A stretch of 37,840 bases of DNA, taken from positions 1 to 37,840 of the forward strand of contig JAWXBZ010000215.1 in NCBI GenBank assembly GCA_034440375.1. The letters run 5' to 3'. The notes below the pieces were generated by a model that searched no databases, was not told where the DNA came from, and saw nothing but the letters and a program-made list of their open reading frames with translations. Both the position numbers and the translations under genes were made by a program. This DNA is from Candidatus Eiseniibacteriota bacterium. GTDB taxonomy: Bacteria; Eisenbacteria; RBG-16-71-46; JABDJR01; JAWXBZ01. Position 1 is the stretch's first letter. The number at the start of each line of letters is the position of its first letter. Below are positions 28,050 to 35,716 of the stretch, piece after piece.

Positions 28050-28214
28050 ATGTCGAGAAGTCTAACAGCCCGACCCAGGAATCCTCTACCAGCACCATCG
28101 GACGCCCCGTTAACAACCGAGGGCCGGGTCTGATAGGTTCCCGTCGGTGTCGGGATGTCCGACGACAGCGTCGCCCGGCTCGACTGCAGTACCCGATTGC
28201 CATGGGAGGTGTTG

Positions 28215-29129
28215 ATGCGCCGAACTCGTTTGCTCCGCTTCGCGCTGATCCTCGGTCTGGCATTGCCGGCATTACCGGCAATGGCCCAGGATACCGGGCA
28301 GCTCGAGGACAATCTGTCCGCCTACATCGGCAAGAATGCCGAGGGGTATCTCGGGCCGCTGCGCGATGGCGTCGGCGGCGCTCTCAATTCGGGCCTGTTC
28401 ATGTATCCGGGAGTTCCATCGGGTGGTTTCCATGTCCGGCTGGATCTCCGGGCCATGATCGTCAGCTACAAGGACGAGGACCGAACCTTTATGGCCACCA
28501 CCGAGGATTCGTTCGGTGACGACCCCCAGACGGTGGAAGCCCCGACGCTCGTGGGCTCGACCGAAAGCGTGACCGTGATCGACCAGGGAACCGGAGCGAT
28601 CTACACGTTTCCCGGCGGCTTCGACATCGACCGTTTCGGGCTGGCCGCGCCGCAGATCACCATCGGCTCGATCGCCGGCACCGAATTGCTCGGTCGATGG
28701 ATTGCCGTTGAGCCCGGCGACCTTGAAATCAAGAAGGTCGAGCTGTTTGGCATCGGCGCCCGGCACTCACTGAACCACTGGTTCGATTCACTGCCGATCG
28801 ACCTGTCGATTCACGGCATGTACCAGACCCTCAAGGTGGACGACGATCTCGTCGACGCCAGGGCCCTCACGCTGGGTGGCGCCGTCGGCAAGAGCTTCGG
28901 CCTCCTGGCCGCGTATGCCGGTGTCTCCTACGATACGATCGACCTGGATGCCCGGTACGTCTCCGAGGCCTCCGGTCAGAGCGAGGAAATCAACGTCAAC
29001 CTGGAAAAGAAGAGCGGCCTGAACCTTGGCCTCGGTGCCACGCTGCGGCTCGGATTTCTGCACCTGAACGGCGAGTTCCATGCCGCCGAACGGACCAGCT
29101 ACGCCTTTGGCGTCGGCCTGGGCTTTTAA
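28215..29129 (+). CDS. Outer-membrane beta-barrel protein (DUF6588-like)
   Basis: Signal peptide ending ALPAMA, GYLGPL...ALNSG, amphipathic strands, terminal YAFGVGLGF. Confidence 0.75.
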   Translation: MRRTRLLRFALILGLALPALPAMAQDTGQLEDNLSAYIGKNAEGYLGPLRDGVGGALNSGLFMYPGVPSGGFHVRLDLRAMIVSYKDEDRTFMATTEDSFGDDPQTVEAPTLVGSTESVTVIDQGTGAIYTFPGGFDIDRFGLAAPQITIGSIAGTELLGRWIAVEPGDLEIKKVELFGIGARHSLNHWFDSLPIDLSIHGMYQTLKVDDDLVDARALTLGGAVGKSFGLLAAYAGVSYDTIDLDARYVSEASGQSEEINVNLEKKSGLNLGLGATLRLGFLHLNGEFHAAERTSYAFGVGLGF

Positions 29130-29139
29130 GGAGGGAGCC

Positions 29140-29760
29140 ATGACCATCAATCGTGCCGTCATCGCTCTCGGACTGGGAGCCATCTTCCTGACGCTCAAGG
29201 CGGACAATTGCCTCATCGAAGATCGGACGCTGGAGGCCGTCGTCACCAAAACGCTGCCCTATGTCTGGCATACGCAGGGAAACAATGCGTCGGGCAGCGA
29301 AATGGCTTCGGCCAGCCTGGCCGGCGATGTCGATGACGCCCTGGACGAGTTCGACGGCCTGGTCGAGATCACGTCGATCCACATCGCCGGTAGCACCTAC
29401 CGGGTCGTCGCGAACCGGGGGTTTGTCGGCGCCCACCAGGGAACCGTCACCATCGAGGCCAGCGGCCAGTCGCCGTTGACCATCCTGACGTACGACGTGC
29501 CCAACCCGCCGGGCAATGCCACCGGCGCCTCCGGCGGCACCGGTGTCGACATCAGCCTCGTGGCCGCCGGGATCAACTTTCTGAACAGTCGCCTCGATCA
29601 ATACCTGATTTCCAGGAACCCGCTGCTGCTCAACTTCACGTTTCGAACGAACTGGACGTCTACAGATCCGGGGGAGACGGCGGCCTACGATTTCGACTGG
29701 GAAACGGCGCTCATTCTCCAGGTCGTCGGTCTCGTTGAGGTCCAGGTCCCGAATCCCTGA
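29140..29760 (+). CDS. Exported protein or probable lipoprotein
   Basis: SD AAGGAGGG; hydrophobic N-terminus ending LKADNC. Confidence 0.7.
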   Translation: MTINRAVIALGLGAIFLTLKADNCLIEDRTLEAVVTKTLPYVWHTQGNNASGSEMASASLAGDVDDALDEFDGLVEITSIHIAGSTYRVVANRGFVGAHQGTVTIEASGQSPLTILTYDVPNPPGNATGASGGTGVDISLVAAGINFLNSRLDQYLISRNPLLLNFTFRTNWTSTDPGETAAYDFDWETALILQVVGLVEVQVPNP

Positions 29761-29791
29761 AGTCCGGTCACCCGGTTTGAAAATCAGCTGG

Positions 29792-31144
29792 TCAGAACGT
29801 CAATGTCTCCCCGACGGCGGGTCGATGCACCCGTCGCCGGGGGGAAATGTTTTCGGCCAGCCAGGCGAGGGCCGGCTCCTCCCCGTGCACCAGGACGACA
29901 TGCCGGGGATCGAAATGCTCCACCATCGCCAGCAGCCGTTGACGATCGGCGTGCCCCGAAAACCAGAAGCGATCCAGATCCTGCGTCCGCCGCCGGGTCA
30001 TCGGCCTGCCTTTCTGGAACTCGATCCACTCGCCGACCGGCGTCTGTTGCACCCGATGACCGAGCAGGGACGGATCGACCCACCCCACGAAGAAGATTCC
30101 ATGCCGTTCGTCACCGATCATCCGCTCCGCCGCGATGGCGGACGACGTGCCGGACAGCATCATTCCCGACGTCAACACGTAAATGGCCGGTCGGGCCAGG
30201 GCGTGATCGAAGTTGGCCAGCTCATGCGATTCGATGACCAGGGGCCAGCGAGACAGCCGCCAGCGCCGCGGGAACATGGAGGGCTCGTCCCGGCAGCGGT
30301 CATGCACCTCGCTCATCGCCCGGCCAAGTCCGGAAACGCGAACGGGTACGCGGGGAATGCGCCGCCGTCCCATCAGCCGCCGAAGCATGACCAGGATTTC
30401 CTGAGTCCGGCCAAGGGCGAAGGCCGGCACGAGGACCGAACCGCCTCGCGAAAGCACCCGCTCCAGTCCGGCCGCAAAGCGTTCGACCTCGGTCTCGTAG
30501 CCGTCGCCCGAGTATTCCGCCGTCGCGCCGTACGTCCCTTCCATGATCAGCACGTCAGCCTTGACCGGAGGGGGCTCGGCCGCGGGCTGCATTTCGCGCG
30601 CATGCCCGCAGAAATCGCCGGTGTAGACAACGCGCGCGGTGCTCGATTCCACGACAAATCCCTGGCCGCCGAGCAGGTGACCGGTGGCGAACGGCGTCAC
30701 CTCCACCCGCGAAGGTGAGGCAATCTGCGTGGTCTGTCCGTTGACCACCGGCCAGCCACGCCATCCGAGCTGCTCGACTTCGTCATGATGAAAAAGCAGC
30801 GGCTCCCCGTAGCGCCCGGCCTCCTGTTCTTTCCGCATCACGGCCACGGAGGCATGAAGCTGCCGGATCGAGAGCATCTCCGTGGCCCGGCTCCAGTAAA
30901 TGCGAGCCCGTGGAAAGCGCTTGATGGCCAACGGGAGGCTGCCAACATGATCCAGGTGGGCATGCGTGATGAGGATCGCATCCACTTCCGCTGCGAGATC
31001 GTAGCGGGGGAGGCTGGCCAGACCTTCGTGACGGGGGTGCGAGCCCGCGTCGAGCAGGAGTCGTGCGCCGTCAATGTCGAGGAGATGGGCGCTGGCGCCG
31101 ACCTCGCGCCCGCCGCCGAGAATCGTGAGGCGCACAGAACTCAT
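29792..31144 (-). CDS. Beta-CASP metallo-beta-lactamase-fold ribonuclease (CPSF/Ysh1-like)
   Basis: GGGREVGAS, DAG, THAHLDHVG, GHLLG, YTGD, MEGTYG, AFALGRTQE, FSGHAD, LVHGE. Confidence 0.92.
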   Translation of the reverse strand: MSSVRLTILGGGREVGASAHLLDIDGARLLLDAGSHPRHEGLASLPRYDLAAEVDAILITHAHLDHVGSLPLAIKRFPRARIYWSRATEMLSIRQLHASVAVMRKEQEAGRYGEPLLFHHDEVEQLGWRGWPVVNGQTTQIASPSRVEVTPFATGHLLGGQGFVVESSTARVVYTGDFCGHAREMQPAAEPPPVKADVLIMEGTYGATAEYSGDGYETEVERFAAGLERVLSRGGSVLVPAFALGRTQEILVMLRRLMGRRRIPRVPVRVSGLGRAMSEVHDRCRDEPSMFPRRWRLSRWPLVIESHELANFDHALARPAIYVLTSGMMLSGTSSAIAAERMIGDERHGIFFVGWVDPSLLGHRVQQTPVGEWIEFQKGRPMTRRRTQDLDRFWFSGHADRQRLLAMVEHFDPRHVVLVHGEEPALAWLAENISPRRRVHRPAVGETLTF

Positions 31145-31181
31145 GGAGAGATGTTAGCCGTTTCCGGCAGGTCGGGTCCGG

Positions 31182-31628
31182 TCAGTGCACCCGAAGGGGG
31201 CCGAAATCAACGAGCAGGATTGGCACGTCGCCCAGTTCCACGAACCCCCACGGTCGGCGCCTGGAGGCCCAGCCGGCATCCTCCGGGGGGAACCGGTAAA
31301 GTCGATCACCCGGCGTGACGCGCAGGACATCCAGGGCCTCATCCACTGCCACCGCATAGAGGCCGCTCAACGTCCGGAAGAGGATCAGGGCCCCTGGCGA
31401 GGCATGAGTCCTGGCGCCAACCTCAAAGATGTTCTCTGCCCGGACCAGCGGCACATTCTCACCGTTATACGGGATCGAGGCCAGGTCCGAGTGTTCGGCC
31501 AGCAACGAGACATCGGTCAGCACACCGGCCACGCGTTCGAGCGGTGTGGCCACGCGGACGCCGCCGACGGTAAACATCAGGAGTTCCAGTTCCACCAGTG
31601 CGGCCTGGCGATTGGCCCAGCGCATCAT
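31182..31628 (-). CDS. CheW-like domain protein
   Basis: LLMFTVGG...ATPLERVAGVL, YNGENVPLV, YAVAVDEALDV, ILLVD. Confidence 0.7.
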   Translation of the reverse strand: MMRWANRQAALVELELLMFTVGGVRVATPLERVAGVLTDVSLLAEHSDLASIPYNGENVPLVRAENIFEVGARTHASPGALILFRTLSGLYAVAVDEALDVLRVTPGDRLYRFPPEDAGWASRRRPWGFVELGDVPILLVDFGPLRVH

Positions 31629-31636
31629 GAGGGCAC

Positions 31637-31969
31637 TCAGGCCGCTGCCCGCGCCGATTCGGCGGTCGGGTGAATCGGAAAAATTCGATCGAGTCGGGTC
31701 AGGTGGAAGACGCGCATCGGTTCGCGCTGAACACCGGCCAACGCCATCTGGCCCCCGCGGCTCTTGATTTCACGATACAGCTTGACCAGAACCGCGAGGC
31801 CGGCGCTGTCGATGGCCGGGACACCTTCCAGTTCGAGGATGTAACTCCGGGGTTCGCCGGTAATCAGGGGAAGCAGGCTACGCTGCGCCTCGCCCGCCGA
31901 GCCGGCATCCAGGTTGCCGGTCAGCTGAATGCGAGTCCAGCCGTCGAGTTGTTCCGAGTGCAGTTCCAT
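31637..31969 (-). CDS. STAS-domain anti-sigma-factor antagonist
   Basis: GNLDA, IDSAGLAVLV (phospho-Ser motif), VFHLTRLDRIF. Confidence 0.92.
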   Translation of the reverse strand: MELHSEQLDGWTRIQLTGNLDAGSAGEAQRSLLPLITGEPRSYILELEGVPAIDSAGLAVLVKLYREIKSRGGQMALAGVQREPMRVFHLTRLDRIFPIHPTAESARAAA

Positions 31970-32016
31970 GACACTCGGTATCGGCCGGCCGGGAGGTTCC
32001 CCTTAGCAGAGAGCGT

Positions 32017-33258
32017 TCAACGCAGCCCGGCCAGTGCGGTCGCCGCGAAGAATCGGACGATTCCATCCGCCACGCGACGCGAGAAACCGGTCTGAAAGGT
32101 TCCCGACCGGAGTAGCGCCGCCTCCCTGGCGTTGGTAATGAAGGCGGTCTCCACCAGAATGGAGGGAATCTGGGGTGATTTCAGCACCAGGAAGCCCGCC
32201 TGCTTGACGCCCCGGGTGGTCAGGTCCGAATGGCCGCGAAGCGATTCCATCACCGACTCGGCCAGCATCGATCCGCGCTGCAGCATGTCTGCCTGCTGCA
32301 TGTCGAACAGGATCGAGGAGAGATCGTCGTCCGCCTCCGGAGCCACGCCACCCATCAGGTCGGCCGCGTTCTCCAGCCGGGCCAATTCGCGCGAAGCCTC
32401 GTCCGTGGCGCCGGAGAGGGAGAGGAAGTAGACCTCTGTCCCGTGCGCCGAGGAACTCTTGCTGGCATTGCAGTGGACGCTCACGAACGCGTCGGCCTCG
32501 GCCTTTTCCGCCACCTCGAAACGACCCCGCAATGGGATGAAGCGGTCGTCGTCGCGCGTCAGTCGCGCCCGGAATCCGGGGCGCTTCTCGATCTCCTGAA
32601 CGATCTTGCGGGCAATGGCCAGGCAGATCTCCTTCTCGTCCACGCCATGCCCGTGCGCGCCCGGATCCTGCCCGCCATGGCCGGCATCAACCATGACCAT
32701 GATGGGGCGGTTGCGCAGGGGTGCCGGAATGACACCGGCCGCCGGTAGAACGGCCGGTGACAGTTGCCGGTTCGTCGCCGCCCCGGAGGCTGGCACCGCG
32801 GCCGGTTCCGTTTCCCGTGAAGCGGCGGCCACTCGCCCGGGAGCGGCATCCGGGCCAAAGAAGTCCAGGACCAGACGGGGGGGCTGCCCATCGGTGGCCG
32901 TCAGTTCAAACGCGCGATAGTCAACGATCTGATCCACGTCGAAAACGATCCGAACAGTCGACAGCTCCTGTTGTCCCACGCGAATCCGGTGCAGACGCCC
33001 GTCGCCGATCGCCACCGCACCGACGCCCTCGGTGGCCACCGCTTCGATGTCCACCACCACGCGGGCCGGATCCACGAGCGCCATCTGTTTCCAGGCCGTC
33101 GGTCGCGACAGCTCGAGTACCACCCGCGTATTTCCCTGTTGGCTGGCGTGGCGGATCTGTTCGACCCGAGCCGGCTCCGCGGCGCGGGCAAAAGAAGGTG
33201 CCACGAGAAACACGAGCATCGCGAGCGTTATCCGATTGCGGAAGGGCTTGCCGGTCAT
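32017..33258 (-). CDS. amiC: N-acetylmuramoyl-L-alanine amidase with AMIN domains (AmiC-like)
   Basis: Signal peptide, TRVVLE/PPRLVLD, DAGHGGQDPGA, EK, SVHCNA, LVETAFITN. Confidence 0.9.
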   Translation of the reverse strand: MTGKPFRNRITLAMLVFLVAPSFARAAEPARVEQIRHASQQGNTRVVLELSRPTAWKQMALVDPARVVVDIEAVATEGVGAVAIGDGRLHRIRVGQQELSTVRIVFDVDQIVDYRAFELTATDGQPPRLVLDFFGPDAAPGRVAAASRETEPAAVPASGAATNRQLSPAVLPAAGVIPAPLRNRPIMVMVDAGHGGQDPGAHGHGVDEKEICLAIARKIVQEIEKRPGFRARLTRDDDRFIPLRGRFEVAEKAEADAFVSVHCNASKSSSAHGTEVYFLSLSGATDEASRELARLENAADLMGGVAPEADDDLSSILFDMQQADMLQRGSMLAESVMESLRGHSDLTTRGVKQAGFLVLKSPQIPSILVETAFITNAREAALLRSGTFQTGFSRRVADGIVRFFAATALAGLR

Positions 33259-34772
33259 CGCCCCACCACCCGGATGGCCAGGTAGCTGACAACCCCGCCG
33301 CGACTGACCAGGAGCACCAGCGGACGGGTCCGGCCCCGGGCAGCCAGGATTGCCTGCCGCCAGTCATCGATGGTCAGGACCGCGCGATCATTCACCTCTC
33401 TCACAATGTCCCCCTCACCCAGCCCCGCTTCTTCGGCCGGACTTCCCGGCTCGACGCCGGTAACGGCCAGTCCAGGCTCGAAGCCGACCTGCCAGCCATC
33501 GGCCATTTCGCGGGTCATCGGTTCAATCCGGGCGCCAAGCCATTCTGTCGGCAGAGGCACCGTGGAAGGGGTGCCCGTTTGCGCTTCGGGCCGATCATCC
33601 GGCCTCGGCCCGAGTTCCACTTGACGGGTCACAACCTGCCCATCACGAAAGACTGTCAGCAGGGCCAGGTGCCCGACCGGCGCCTCCGCCACGAAGCGGC
33701 GGAACCGATTCACCTCTTCCACCGGTTGCCCGTCGATCTCCGTAATGATGTCCTTGGTTCGAAGTCCCGCCTTCTCGGCCGGCCCACCGGATTCGACATG
33801 CGCCACGAGGATGCCGCGTCCGATCGCGATGCCGAGTCCGTCGGCCAATTCAGAAGTCAGTTCCTGCGGCACGACCCCCATGTAGGCCCGTGTCACTCGC
33901 CCATTGGCGATCAGTTGCACCGAGACGTTGCGGGCCATGTTGATCGGGATGGCGAAGCCAAGCCCCTGGCCGGTCGGATTGATGGCCGTGTTGATGCCGA
34001 TGACTTCGCCACGCGCATTGACCAGCGGCCCGCCCGAGTTGCCGAAATTGATCGAGGCGTCGGTCTGAAGAAAGTCCTGGTAGTCGGGACCTCCCCCCAG
34101 GATGTCGAGGTTCGCGCGCCCCTTGGCGCTGATGACGCCCACGGTGACCGACCCCGCAAGTTCACCCAGTGGATTACCGATGGCCACGGCCCACTCCCCG
34201 ACTTCAACCGCCTCGGAATCGCCGAGACGCACAACGGGAAACGGTGGATCACCGGGGAGGGGACGGATGCGCAGGACCGCCACGTCGGTCTTGTCATCGG
34301 TGCCGATGATCTCCCCTCGATAGGTTCGCCCGTCGCTCAGGTGGACCGTGATGTTGTCCGCGCCGGCCACGACATGGTTGTTGGTGAGGATGTACCCCTC
34401 GGCATCGATGATGAAGCCGGAACCGCTGCCTGGCAGGTTCATGTCACCCGGCGCGTCGTTCGGGAAGAGCCGATGGTACAGGTCGGGAGGGACCCGGTCC
34501 GATGGGACGGTCGCGTCGGGCCCCCGTCGATCGGCATCGACGTAGACTACTGCCGGAACGACCCGGCGAGCCACCGCCACGAAGGGGCTCTGCGGTATGA
34601 CCAACGCTTCCTGGTCGTTGGCGGGCGGCGCGGGGCGGGCCATGATTCCGCCGTTTCCGCCGCCCGGTGCGGCCCGTCCGGGGCCGCTCAACAGGAGCAG
34701 GCTGAAACCGGATGCCAGAAGGCCCGTCGCCAGCGAGCTGGAATGGTGCGTCATCGTCCTCCCGATCCTCAT
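33255..34772 (-). CDS. DegP/DegQ (HtrA) serine protease with two PDZ domains
   Basis: GSGFII, LTNNHVV, TDVAV, QTDASINFGNSGGPL. Start may be at 34754. Confidence 0.95.
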   Translation of the reverse strand: MRIGRTMTHHSSSLATGLLASGFSLLLLSGPGRAAPGGGNGGIMARPAPPANDQEALVIPQSPFVAVARRVVPAVVYVDADRRGPDATVPSDRVPPDLYHRLFPNDAPGDMNLPGSGSGFIIDAEGYILTNNHVVAGADNITVHLSDGRTYRGEIIGTDDKTDVAVLRIRPLPGDPPFPVVRLGDSEAVEVGEWAVAIGNPLGELAGSVTVGVISAKGRANLDILGGGPDYQDFLQTDASINFGNSGGPLVNARGEVIGINTAINPTGQGLGFAIPINMARNVSVQLIANGRVTRAYMGVVPQELTSELADGLGIAIGRGILVAHVESGGPAEKAGLRTKDIITEIDGQPVEEVNRFRRFVAEAPVGHLALLTVFRDGQVVTRQVELGPRPDDRPEAQTGTPSTVPLPTEWLGARIEPMTREMADGWQVGFEPGLAVTGVEPGSPAEEAGLGEGDIVREVNDRAVLTIDDWRQAILAARGRTRPLVLLVSRGGVVSYLAIRVVGR

Positions 34773-34897
34773 CCCCAGACCTCGAATCCCCCCGGACTCT
34801 CAGCCGGGATCATAGAGATCGGAACGCCGGCCGTGAAGTCCCCCGGCCGACGGTTGCGGGCGAACCGCCCGGAAGCGACATCTGGTATAAAGTCACC

Positions 34898-35683
34898 ATG
34901 GACTTGCGACACCACCCGAATCGCCCCGGCGGGCCGGTCTACTTCGTCGGGGACGCGCACATCGGCACAGCGGCACCTGCGGTCGAGGCGGACAAGGAGT
35001 CGCGGCTCCTTCGATTGCTCGATGAGGTGGACGAGAGGGCGGCTGCTCTTGTTTTGGTCGGTGATCTGTTCGATTTCTGGTTCGAGTACCGTCATGCCAT
35101 CCCCTCCCGCGGTTTCGCCGTGCTGGCCCGGCTCCACCGGCTGGTGCAGTCCGGACTCCCCATCGACTTTCTCGGCGGCAACCACGATTGGTGGGCCGGT
35201 TCCTTCCTGGAATCCCGGGTCGGCGTCCGCGCCCATTCGGAACCGATCGACGTCGAATGCCAGGGGCGCCGCCTGTTCCTGGCCCACGGCGACGGCCTCG
35301 TTCCCGGCGACAACGGGTACCGGGTGCTTCGCCGAATCTTTCGCAACCCCCTGGCCATCAAGGCCTATCGCTGGCTCCATCCTGATTTCGGAATCCCCCT
35401 TGCCACCCACTCCAGCCATTCCAGCCGCCGGCATATGGAAACCAGGCCGATCGTGGGTCCACATCTCTGGCAGACCGTCGCCACCCCCCAGTTCCACCGC
35501 GGTCGGGATGCCGTATTGATCGGCCACTTCCACCTCCCAATCCACATTCAGTCGCCCGGCCGCGATTTCATCGTCAACGGCGACTGGATGGGCCACTGGT
35601 CCTATTCGGTTCTGGAAGGGGGTCAGTTCACCCTCCGCATCTGGCCGGAAGGGCGCGTCGTGCCCCCAAAACAAACAACATAA
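34898..35683 (+). CDS. lpxH: UDP-2,3-diacylglucosamine diphosphatase (LpxH-like)
   Basis: GDAHIG, GDLFDFWFEY, GNHD, HGDGL, GHFH, NGDW. Confidence 0.85.
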   Translation: MDLRHHPNRPGGPVYFVGDAHIGTAAPAVEADKESRLLRLLDEVDERAAALVLVGDLFDFWFEYRHAIPSRGFAVLARLHRLVQSGLPIDFLGGNHDWWAGSFLESRVGVRAHSEPIDVECQGRRLFLAHGDGLVPGDNGYRVLRRIFRNPLAIKAYRWLHPDFGIPLATHSSHSSRRHMETRPIVGPHLWQTVATPQFHRGRDAVLIGHFHLPIHIQSPGRDFIVNGDWMGHWSYSVLEGGQFTLRIWPEGRVVPPKQTT

Positions 35684-35716
35684 TATTTATATATGCATAT
35701 TTGATACAAAAAGCAA

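Noticed and set aside
32757-35519. 920-aa plus-strand ORF
   Set aside because: Overlaps the amidase and degQ antisense and lpxH out of frame; Arg/Pro-rich artefact.
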